The translations under genes were made by a program, and so were the position numbers. Below the pieces are notes generated by a model. It was not told the origin of the DNA. It saw only the letters and a list, made by a program, of their open reading frames with translations, and made no database searches. Positions 1 to 7,466 of a stretch of 59,499 nt of DNA are shown piece after piece. The DNA comes from a virus (taxonomy: Duplodnaviria; Caudoviricetes). Where the stretch lies: positions 1 to 59,499 of the IMG/VR virus record IMGVR_UViG_3300020599_000008. One strand, given 5' to 3'. Position 1 is the first letter of the stretch. Each line of letters begins with the position of its first letter.

Positions 1-15
1 CCCGGAACCCACCCG

Positions 16-32
16 CCCCCCCCCCCCCCCCC
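16..32. repeat. poly-C tract (C17) at window start
   Basis: Homopolymer run; a matching C run ends the window. Confidence 0.9.
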
Positions 33-39
33 TACTGCC

Positions 40-64
40 CCGGGCGAGTAAGCGGCTCGCCCGG
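40..64 (+). promoter_or_regulatory. leader hairpin with TAAGCGG loop
   Basis: CCGGGCGAG-TAAGCGG-CTCGCCCGG followed by GAGAGAGGA SD. Confidence 0.75.
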
Positions 65-144
65 CTGCACCCCCGAGAGAGGAACACCCTTGAAACGCCT
101 ATCCCAGGCCCCGACGTCCAGACATATTGCGCTTCCCAATATTG

Positions 145-197
145 TTGACATGCTGTACGGGATACTGTATAATCGTGGTGTTGGGGTAAGCGGCCCC
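145..197 (+). promoter_or_regulatory. consensus sigma70 promoter plus TAAGCGG hairpin (copy 1)
   Basis: TTGACA(145-150)-17 bp-TATAAT(168-173); GGGG-TAAGCGG-CCCC at 183-197. Confidence 0.9.
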
Positions 198-227
198 GGC
201 GCAGGGCACACGAGAGAGGACAGCTCC

Positions 228-470
228 ATGTACCAGCACGATGAAACCGGTTATCAGGCGTTCCGCGAGATGATCGAGCTCGATCGCCACGCGAGCGGCA
301 CGTATGACGAGTACGGCGATCCGGACGGTCGCGAGCCGGGTGAGCCGATCTTCTGCGCCCACTGTGGCGGCGCGACCGGCGAGGTATATGACCCCGAGGC
401 CGACGGCCAGATTGACGTCTGCCCCACGTGCTACGACCGGATCATGTACCCGCAGTACGACTGGCGGTAG
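228..470 (+). CDS. small acidic Zn-ribbon protein
   Basis: GAGAGAGGA SD; CAHC...CPTC motifs. Confidence 0.75.
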   Translation: MYQHDETGYQAFREMIELDRHASGTYDEYGDPDGREPGEPIFCAHCGGATGEVYDPEADGQIDVCPTCYDRIMYPQYDWR

Positions 471-479
471 CGACAGGCG

Positions 480-505
480 ACCGGGCGGGAAGCGGCCCGC
501 CCGGT
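480..505 (+). promoter_or_regulatory. leader hairpin with AAGCGG loop
   Basis: ACCGGGCGGG-AAGCGG-CCCGCCCGGT then GAGAGAGGA SD. Confidence 0.75.
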
Positions 506-531
506 CCGACTTCCCGAGAGAGGACAGCACC

Positions 532-930
532 GTGGACACCATCACGTCGGAGATCCAGATCCATGCAGAACAACGTGACGGCATCGTCGGGATCGCGCGC
601 TCAGAACGGATACACGCGGAGATCATGGCTTCGGCATCGGCCAGCGCGATGCTCCGGACCCTCGGGAGCGCGATAGCCGACATGGAAGAGGCGCTGGCGT
701 CGCTCCGGCGATTCGTCGAGGACACCGAGAAGTCCCCGCAGGACATCGTGACCAACGAGGCGCTGCGCTGGGTCGTGTGGGATCTGCGCAATCGCGCGAT
801 CTCGCTCGACCACAAGCTCACGTCGACCGGCACGGAACTCGCGGTCCGCGACGCGATCGTGTCGCGTATGAGCGGGATTCTGGAGCGCGCGGGCATCGAT
901 CCCACGACCGGAAAGGCTCGGCAATCATGA
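532..930 (+). CDS. hypothetical helical protein
   Basis: GTG start after strong SD; stop overlaps next ATG. Confidence 0.7.
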   Translation: MDTITSEIQIHAEQRDGIVGIARSERIHAEIMASASASAMLRTLGSAIADMEEALASLRRFVEDTEKSPQDIVTNEALRWVVWDLRNRAISLDHKLTSTGTELAVRDAIVSRMSGILERAGIDPTTGKARQS

Positions 931-1259
931 GCCGCATTCCCGAGTACCAGCACGTTGAGACGGCAGACGGCCAGCGATACGCCGACTACCTCGCGAGCCC
1001 AGGGGGCAAGGCCGAGGTGCGGCTAATCAAGCTCATGCGGGCCCTGGAGGAGGCGCAGCAAACCATCGCGCGGCTGGAAACGGAACAGCCCCGCGCATAC
1101 GGGCAGGCGATATCCGCGTGGGGCAAGACGTTCGAGGAGGCCCCTGCCGACGTGATCCCCCGGATCGACAAGCGCATTGCCGAGGTACTGGACGAGATGG
1201 TGCGCGCCACGATGCGCCTACAGGAACGCCACGACCTGATCGTTACGGAATCGCTCTAG
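927..1259 (+). CDS. hypothetical protein
   Basis: ATGA overlap with previous gene; coiled-coil-like. Confidence 0.7.
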   Translation: MSRIPEYQHVETADGQRYADYLASPGGKAEVRLIKLMRALEEAQQTIARLETEQPRAYGQAISAWGKTFEEAPADVIPRIDKRIAEVLDEMVRATMRLQERHDLIVTESL

Positions 1260-1301
1260 GGTTCGCACAACGCCCGTCACGGGCCAGAAAGGGACACCAC
1301 C

Positions 1302-1793
1302 ATGTCAACCCGCGCAATCATCGCTCGCAAGACCCCAGACGGTTGGGAGGGCCGATATCATCACTTCGATGGGTATCCCTCGGGCCTCGGGGCCGCGTTG
1401 CACGAGATTGGCAACGAGGTGTTCGGCGGCGACATCGGGGCCATGATGACCACGCTGATCGACGATCATCCGGCGGGCTGGTCCAACATCCAGAATGTTG
1501 ACTGGACCCGTGAGCCAGGGTTCGGAGACCCGAAGGGCCCCGAGTGCTACTGCCACGGCCAGCGCCACGAAGGCCCGGACCTCCGGACCAGCGCCGGCGC
1601 GCCCGACTGTTTCGAGGAATACCTGTACGTCGTGGACGTGGACGCCCGGACCATCGCGGTCTACGCCACGCCATACCCGCACGAACGGGACGCGTTGCAT
1701 GTCGCGACCGTGCCGTTCGGGTGCTCCGCGGACTGGCGACAGATTGAGCACTGGGGTGATCACGTGGACGGAAGCCCGGTGGATCCCGACTGA
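1302..1793 (+). CDS. conserved phage hypothetical protein
   Basis: MSTR..I...YHHFDGYP..LG...EEYLY pattern common in phage early genes; SD present. Confidence 0.75.
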   Translation: MSTRAIIARKTPDGWEGRYHHFDGYPSGLGAALHEIGNEVFGGDIGAMMTTLIDDHPAGWSNIQNVDWTREPGFGDPKGPECYCHGQRHEGPDLRTSAGAPDCFEEYLYVVDVDARTIAVYATPYPHERDALHVATVPFGCSADWRQIEHWGDHVDGSPVDPD

Positions 1794-1800
1794 CAACCCT

Positions 1801-1826
1801 GGGATGGCGCATTCGTGCGCCATCTC
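1801..1826 (+). terminator. hairpin, possible terminator
   Basis: GATGGCGCA-TTCG-TGCGCCATC after the 1793 stop; weak U tail. Confidence 0.45.
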
Positions 1827-1847
1827 CTATCCCCCATCCTGATATTG

Positions 1848-1901
1848 TTGTCATGCTGTACGGGATATGGTACACTTATGTTGTCCCGGGGTAGCGGCCC
1901 C
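1848..1901 (+). promoter_or_regulatory. sigma70 promoter plus TAGCGG hairpin (copy 2)
   Basis: TTGTCA-17 bp-TACACT with the same spacer TGCTGTACGGGATA; GGGG-TAGCGG-CCCC. Confidence 0.8.
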
Positions 1902-1932
1902 GCGGCAGCGAACGACAGAGAGGACTCCCCCC

Positions 1933-2670
1933 ATGGCCAAGCGATTGATCCTGAAATACGCGGGCGAATGCGTAGCGTGTGGCGCTGAGCTTGACGCCGG
2001 GGCCGAGGCGATCTGGTGGTCACGTGGCCGGGTCTCGTGCCTCACGTGCGATGGGCGCATGAGTGAAGACGAGTACCAGGAGCGCCGGGATGCCAAGGTC
2101 GAGCGGTTCCAGGGGTACGCGGACAACGCTCGGGCCCGCAGTAACACGGCATTGGAAACCGCGAGTCAGATTGCCGACATGATCCCGGCGGGCCAGCCGA
2201 TCCTCGTGGGCCATCACTCCGAGGGGCACCACCGGCGCGACCTCGCGCGGATTGACCGCAACATGCGCCGGGGTATCGATGAGCACGACCGTGCGGAGCA
2301 CTGGGATCGCCGGGCCCGCGGGGCCGAGCACGACACCACGATCCACGCGGATGACCCGCTGGCCGTCGACAAGCTCCGGGACAAGATCGCGGAACTGGAA
2401 GCCCAGCGAGAGCGCATCAAGACGGTGAACCGGTTGGTCCGCAAGGCCGCGGGCAAGGACCCGAGCCGGGAGCACGCCGCTGAGATCATCGCCGCGCACC
2501 CCGACCTGACGGCACGCGAGCGCGCAACGCTCCTGAGCGACCTCACGATGTACCACGGGATCGTGCAGGTCGGGTATCCGGGGTATGTGCTGAGCAACCT
2601 CGGGGCGAACATCCGGCGCTATCAGCAGCGGCTCAAGGGACTGGAACGCCTGATCGCGACATTCGAGTAG
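1933..2670 (+). CDS. DUF3560 domain protein with N-terminal Zn finger
   Basis: IPAGQPILVGHHSEGHHRR signature; CxxC...CxxC N-terminus. Confidence 0.85.
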   Translation: MAKRLILKYAGECVACGAELDAGAEAIWWSRGRVSCLTCDGRMSEDEYQERRDAKVERFQGYADNARARSNTALETASQIADMIPAGQPILVGHHSEGHHRRDLARIDRNMRRGIDEHDRAEHWDRRARGAEHDTTIHADDPLAVDKLRDKIAELEAQRERIKTVNRLVRKAAGKDPSREHAAEIIAAHPDLTARERATLLSDLTMYHGIVQVGYPGYVLSNLGANIRRYQQRLKGLERLIATFE

Positions 2671-2722
2671 CCGCACGACCGCCGGGCCCCGAGGCATCCT
2701 CGGGGCCACTGGACAGGAGCAG

Positions 2723-2983
2723 ATGATGAGCATCCCGACGACCCAGGGCCCCACGTACATGGGGTGGCATGACCCGCGCAAGGGCGCGACTCCCACGAGC
2801 CTGACGGACGGCGCGGTTCGGCGCTTCGAGCGCAAGCACGGGCGTGGGCCCGCCGAGTTGGTGGCCCATCCCGACACGACGCTCGATCCCGAGGTCGCGT
2901 CCGGTGTCATGATCCGCACCAGCACCGACGTTCCACTCGGGGTCGTGTGGGTCGGGCCAATCGACAACGTAGCGCGGCATTAG
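2723..2983 (+). CDS. hypothetical protein
   Basis: AGGAG SD preceded by a hairpin. Confidence 0.65.
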   Translation: MMSIPTTQGPTYMGWHDPRKGATPTSLTDGAVRRFERKHGRGPAELVAHPDTTLDPEVASGVMIRTSTDVPLGVVWVGPIDNVARH

Positions 2984-3078
2984 CGCGCCTGAGACATAAA
3001 CGACGAAACGATGCACAATGACCGGCGTGGGTGCCGGGACTGACCGGCAAGGAGGCGGACACCGAAAGAGGCCGACAC

Positions 3079-3255
3079 ATGGGAGTCATGGATCGTGTAC
3101 GTGAGCAGGCCAAGCAGGACATGCTCCCGCGCGAGGGGCGAGACAAGTGGGACCCGCGGGGAGCCCAGCGGGTCATGTGCATCTGGTTTCCCATCATGGC
3201 CCTGGCGATGTGTGTCGTGATCGGTGTTATCAGCGCGATTGCGGGCATCGTGTAA
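3079..3255 (+). CDS. small membrane protein
   Basis: GAGG SD; C-terminal hydrophobic helix. Confidence 0.6.
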   Translation: MGVMDRVREQAKQDMLPREGRDKWDPRGAQRVMCIWFPIMALAMCVVIGVISAIAGIV

Positions 3256-3271
3256 CCCCAAGGAGAATCCC

Positions 3272-3640
3272 ATGACGATTGGCGAAGCGATTGATCGGGC
3301 GATAGCCTCAATCCGGCAGCGCGGCACAAGCGATGAGGTGCTGCTCGACGAGTTGGCGCGCGTCGCCCGGATAGCGTTCCAGCTCGGCAGCACCGCTGCG
3401 CTCGATACCCTGCTGAGTGCCCGCGACGTAGCCGAAGCCCTCGGGGTCTCGCACGACAGCGGCTACGTGGCCCGAATGGCCCGGAAGCACAACATCGGCG
3501 CGGTGATCGCGGGAACGCGGCTCTTCCGCCCCGAGGACCTGGACGAGCTCCGGGCCATCAAGGACGCGGCAGTGCCGGGACGGCGCAAGAGCCACTACCG
3601 CATAATCGACGGGCCCGCGCGACCGCGCGATGACCAGTAA
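3272..3640 (+). CDS. MerR/excisionase-like HTH DNA-binding protein
   Basis: LLSARDVAEALGVS...RLFRPEDL; AAGGAG SD. Confidence 0.75.
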   Translation: MTIGEAIDRAIASIRQRGTSDEVLLDELARVARIAFQLGSTAALDTLLSARDVAEALGVSHDSGYVARMARKHNIGAVIAGTRLFRPEDLDELRAIKDAAVPGRRKSHYRIIDGPARPRDDQ

Positions 3641-3660
3641 TGATCCCACGGGACAAGCAG

Positions 3661-3690
3661 ACGGCCAGCGGTTGTTACGCCGCTGGCCGT
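3661..3690. terminator. hairpin between convergent transcription units
   Basis: ACGGCCAGCGG-8 nt-CCGCTGGCCGT perfect 11-bp stem. Confidence 0.5.
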
Positions 3691-3779
3691 CGCTATGGGG
3701 ATGGGAGGCACACGCCGGGCGTTGACGCTGTACGCTGGTCGCCACTACGGTCAAGGACGACCATCGCCCACTGCAACCC

Positions 3780-4058
3780 CTATCCCCAGAGAATCAGATT
3801 GAACCCGTCGATCTCAGCCTGCGTGAGCCGGCGCGGATCTGCCGACAGCGCCCCGCTCAGTCGTATTTCCATCTGGCTCGCCCCCCGAGACTCCAACTCG
3901 GCCAGCACCTCACGGATGAGCCATTGATTGAGGCGCACGACCGTGTTGCTCGCCTTGCGGTTGCTCCCGAGGTCGATCCGGGGAACTGGTGCCGTCGCGC
4001 GGCCCGTCGCCGTGGTCATGATGTCGCCGGCTCCGACGAACGGAGCGTTGGTTCGCAC
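3780..4058 (-). CDS. hypothetical protein at end of late operon
   Basis: ORF coupled to the holin stop. Confidence 0.5.
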   Translation of the reverse strand: MRTNAPFVGAGDIMTTATGRATAPVPRIDLGSNRKASNTVVRLNQWLIREVLAELESRGASQMEIRLSGALSADPRRLTQAEIDGFNLILWG

Positions 4059-4441
4059 TAGTCGCCTCTCACAACCTTGCCGACTCCCACGGGCGAGTCG
4101 TCGGTCACGTCATCGACCACGAACTCGACCTGCTGGATCTCGTACACCGCCTTCTCGATCAGGGTCCGCCACTGCTCCTCCGTGAGGTTGATCCCGTGGG
4201 CTTCGGCGAGGTCGTAGGCCCTGCTCATCGCGTCGTTGAACTTCTGGCGCGCCTGCGCCCCGGTCCCCGGGGCCAACTGCTCGACCGCCTGGACCGCGAA
4301 TTCCGCGATCTGCCGGGCTTTCGTGAGCTGCGCGTCACTTACCTGTGTGCGCAGGTACGGGATCAGTGCCTTGGACACCACGGCCCCGAGGAGCCCCATC
4401 AGCGCAACCACGAGGGTCACGACCGCTTCCATGATGGTCAT
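4058..4441 (-). CDS. holin (LL-H-like)
   Basis: N-terminal TM helix, IAEFAVQAVEQL motif, adjacent to endolysin. Confidence 0.8.
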   Translation of the reverse strand: MTIMEAVVTLVVALMGLLGAVVSKALIPYLRTQVSDAQLTKARQIAEFAVQAVEQLAPGTGAQARQKFNDAMSRAYDLAEAHGINLTEEQWRTLIEKAVYEIQQVEFVVDDVTDDSPVGVGKVVRGD

Positions 4442-4457
4442 GTCGATCTCCTATGCT

Positions 4458-4485
4458 GCAAACCGATATCGGTTTGCCTAATAAC
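4458..4485. promoter_or_regulatory. 20-bp palindrome, member of a dispersed repeat
   Basis: GCAAACCGATATCGGTTTGC; near copies at 18378 and 51312. Confidence 0.6.
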
Positions 4486-4486
4486 C

Positions 4487-5971
4487 TCAGGCGCGAAGTT
4501 GCGCCAACTCGGCCTTGAGGGCCGCGAGTTCATCGCGTAGCGCCCGGTTCTCCAACCCGAGCAACCCGCGGGTAATCGAGCCGTCGGGCCAGTACTCGAT
4601 GCGCGCGCGCTCGAAGTCCTGGGCGATCAGCGCGGTGCCATCGGTCGAGGTTGACCCGTAGGCCCCGGAGGTCACGTAGCCCGTGTCCTCCCACGGACGC
4701 GCGTTGACGTGATTGACGAACACCCGCGGCACCCAGAACTTCCCGTGTGGCGATCCCCACGGATCCGGCACCGCATCCTCGGTGATGTCGCGTGGCACCG
4801 GCGCGGGCGCGGGCCCGAGTTGGCCGGCACGATACGGACGCACGAACGCGCTCATCAGGGTCCCGGGGCACGACGTTGCGCTGAGTTCCTGATGTCCCCA
4901 CACCTGCGAGCGCGCGCTACCGGACCACTGGATCCACGCGTCCACGACCTCCTGCAGGGCCTTGAGTTGCGCCGCGGTGGCCGACTGGCCGTCCCCGAGG
5001 GGCAACTGCACCGCGATGGCCGTGCGGTTCTGCGAGGCCCCGCAGTGCCACAGCACGCGCTCAAGGTCTCGCATCAGCCACTTGGTCCCGTCGCCGTCGA
5101 TCCCGATGTGGTACATGATGCCGCTGCCGTAGATCGGGGCTTCGCCGCCGGTCGCCCAGTTCTTGCCCACGTGGTACACGGCATCGGCCTGGAGCGAGCT
5201 GAGCCCCGCCCCGGGGTTCGTCACGACCCCGCGGTAATGCACCACGAGCCCACGCTTGTCCTTGAGCGCCACGGTCTCGTACGGCCCTCGTGGCACTCCG
5301 TCGTCCCCTGGCTGCTTGGTCGCGAGCATCGCGCGGGCGTCGCGCAGGCCGGGAATGATGTGATCGTATGGTGTCGCCATGGGCTCCTGCCCTTCCATGA
5401 TGTCGGCCAGTGCGTTGATCTGACCCGCGATGAATTCCGCGTACTGGCGCGGCTTGTTGCCGTCCCGGCTCGGGGCCCAGACGGCGACGACCTCGTAGAT
5501 CGAGACGGCCCCCGCGTTCTGGTAGTCAAACCCCGGTTCCTCGATCCGGTAGATCCCGTCCTGCACGGAATCCAGCACGTCGCGGTACTCGACGTACAGG
5601 GAATCTCGCACCGGATCCCTCACGCGCTTGGCCCTGTCCATGATCTCGGGGTCTCGAATCGACCGTGCGTTCGTGAGGCTCCGGGTATCCATGCGCCATA
5701 GCACGGAATCGCGGTTCATGCCCCACGTGTGCTCGCGCCCCGCGATCCCGAACCAGCGGGCCGGATCATGACCGCGCGCCACGATCAGGCGATAGAGCGC
5801 TCGCGCGGCTTCCTCGGGCGTGCTGAATCGGTCTTCCAGCCCGTTCCACAGCGGATGGGTCGCGGGGTTGAACCGATCGGGCAACGCGCCCTGCGCACGC
5901 CACGCCTCGATCCAGCGGTCTTCCGTGATGGTCGCGGTCGCTTTGAACGGGCTATCGATGGTTACGGCCAT
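4487..5971 (-). CDS. endolysin: lysozyme/glucosaminidase-like domain + Amidase_2 + C-terminal cell-wall motif
   Basis: LVVHY...YHIGI...WHCG...WGHQE..ATSCPG amidase motifs; QDFERARIEYWP..LLGLE C-terminus. Confidence 0.88.
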   Translation of the reverse strand: MAVTIDSPFKATATITEDRWIEAWRAQGALPDRFNPATHPLWNGLEDRFSTPEEAARALYRLIVARGHDPARWFGIAGREHTWGMNRDSVLWRMDTRSLTNARSIRDPEIMDRAKRVRDPVRDSLYVEYRDVLDSVQDGIYRIEEPGFDYQNAGAVSIYEVVAVWAPSRDGNKPRQYAEFIAGQINALADIMEGQEPMATPYDHIIPGLRDARAMLATKQPGDDGVPRGPYETVALKDKRGLVVHYRGVVTNPGAGLSSLQADAVYHVGKNWATGGEAPIYGSGIMYHIGIDGDGTKWLMRDLERVLWHCGASQNRTAIAVQLPLGDGQSATAAQLKALQEVVDAWIQWSGSARSQVWGHQELSATSCPGTLMSAFVRPYRAGQLGPAPAPVPRDITEDAVPDPWGSPHGKFWVPRVFVNHVNARPWEDTGYVTSGAYGSTSTDGTALIAQDFERARIEYWPDGSITRGLLGLENRALRDELAALKAELAQLRA

Positions 5972-6341
5972 GAGTCACGTCCCCTCGGATAATGCGATAT
6001 CGCCGACGGCCCCGAACCTCGGAGCGCCACCGGGCCCACATGACCACGCCGAACAGCATCGCCACGGTGATGAACCCCCGACCATTCAGCGGGGCGCTGG
6101 GTTGCGTGAACGCCACGATCCCGATGAGCGCGAGCACGAGCTTGACCAGCATCCAGTCGAACTCGTTGTCCGAGTCGTTGCGAAATAGCGCCAACGCGCC
6201 GGGCGACGACGGCAGGGCCCCGGCCTGCAACAGGTCAATGTCCCGGTCGATCTGGTGCCACAGTGCGGCATGGTGCCGTGCGCCCCACAGGCAGATCAGT
6301 ACCCATGCGATTTCGTGGATCCCGACCGTACTCGGTAGCAT
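5952..6341 (-). CDS. membrane protein (lysis region)
   Basis: Three hydrophobic segments. Confidence 0.65.
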   Translation of the reverse strand: MLPSTVGIHEIAWVLICLWGARHHAALWHQIDRDIDLLQAGALPSSPGALALFRNDSDNEFDWMLVKLVLALIGIVAFTQPSAPLNGRGFITVAMLFGVVMWARWRSEVRGRRRYRIIRGDVTHGRNHR

Positions 6342-6348
6342 GTTCCCC

Positions 6349-6582
6349 CTACCCCTCTGCTCGCCGTCGCCGGATCTCTTCCAGCCGAGGGAGGAGGTCT
6401 GCGCGCTCCTCATACGCCGACAACATCATCTCGAGATCATCGAGCCGTTCCTCACTCTGCTCGATGTACACGTCGATCGCGTTCCGATATGTGCGCTGCC
6501 GGTTGGCCCCCATGAGCCACCGCCAACAGCGCCCCAGCGTCGCGGTGATGGTCTGGACGACGCGACGCACGAACCCGATCAT
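6349..6582 (-). CDS. hypothetical protein
   Basis: ATG overlaps previous stop; coiled-coil C-terminus. Confidence 0.6.
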   Translation of the reverse strand: MIGFVRRVVQTITATLGRCWRWLMGANRQRTYRNAIDVYIEQSEERLDDLEMMLSAYEERADLLPRLEEIRRRRAEG

Positions 6583-6809
6583 CGATTCCGCTCCGCCGGG
6601 TGATCCACCGCCTCGATGATGTCGGTCATGCGCTCGCTCAGCGAGATCATGCGCTCGAACACAGCGGACAATTTCTCGTTGCGGTCGATCTCGCGCCGGT
6701 GCGTCCTGCCCGCCACGATGTCCTCGCGGATGAACAGGAACACGACCAGCAGCAGCGTGGCCCCGACCCCGCCCCCACCGACAACCGCCCACGCGTCGGC
6801 CAGCGTCAT
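6579..6809 (-). CDS. small membrane protein (lysis region)
   Basis: N-terminal TM helix followed by coiled coil. Confidence 0.65.
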   Translation of the reverse strand: MTLADAWAVVGGGGVGATLLLVVFLFIREDIVAGRTHRREIDRNEKLSAVFERMISLSERMTDIIEAVDHPAERNR

Positions 6810-6825
6810 GGAACGCGCTCACTCA

Positions 6826-7077
6826 TCACCCGCGATCCTCTACGGGGTCAAGCTCGTCCGCCGTGACGGCCACGACCTCCTGCATATCCAGCAGCACCAG
6901 TGAACGGGTCCGATCCTCCGGGGGCGTGAAATACAGGGTCGGGGGCGTAACCCCGCCGTCCGGGTTCGGGGTCGGGGGATCGGCGGTCGGCATCCCGACG
7001 GATTCGACCTGAACGACCTGCCCGTACCGCAGGTACAGCGACACCTTGAACCGGCGCTCATGATCCACGGGCAACAC
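6826..7077 (-). CDS. hypothetical protein
   Basis: In-operon ORF; start uncertain. Confidence 0.55.
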   Translation of the reverse strand: MLPVDHERRFKVSLYLRYGQVVQVESVGMPTADPPTPNPDGGVTPPTLYFTPPEDRTRSLVLLDMQEVVAVTADELDPVEDRG

Positions 7078-7453
7078 TCCCTTCCTTCTTGCCCTTTGTG
7101 GCCTCGGCGCGACGCTCCGCGGCCGCGCGTTCGGCCCTCAGGTCTGCCGCGGCCCGCGGACGCCCAGACCCGTCGGCCACGCGCGCGCGGCCCAGCAGCG
7201 CCTTGACGGGTGCGGGCGGGGGCGCGGGCGGGGTTGTCAGGCGCTCAACCTCGGGACGCCGGCGCTCAATCGCGTCGTCGATCATGGCCTCGGTGACCTG
7301 GGCGGTCGATATCGCGGGCAGGACCACCTGATCGACCAGGATCGCGGGCTGCTGGGGATTCTCCTCGGGGTCGCGCTCATACCACGTCATGTCGAGGATG
7401 ACGCCCGAATGGTTATCGGTATCGCGCAACTGCGTGGGGATGCAGAACAGCAT
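7058..7453 (-). CDS. hypothetical protein
   Basis: AAAGGGAG SD; follows tail tip gene. Confidence 0.65.
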   Translation of the reverse strand: MLFCIPTQLRDTDNHSGVILDMTWYERDPEENPQQPAILVDQVVLPAISTAQVTEAMIDDAIERRRPEVERLTTPPAPPPAPVKALLGRARVADGSGRPRAAADLRAERAAAERRAEATKGKKEGSVARGS

Positions 7454-7466
7454 GTGACTCCCTTTC

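Noticed and set aside
151-167. LexA/SOS box in the promoter spacer
   Set aside because: Matches neither CTGT-N8-ACAG nor GAAC-N4-GTTC
145-1901. CRISPR array or integron attC interpretation of the repeated leaders
   Set aside because: No constant repeat-spacer periodicity, no cas genes, no GTTRRRY cores; the integrase is a phage-type enzyme
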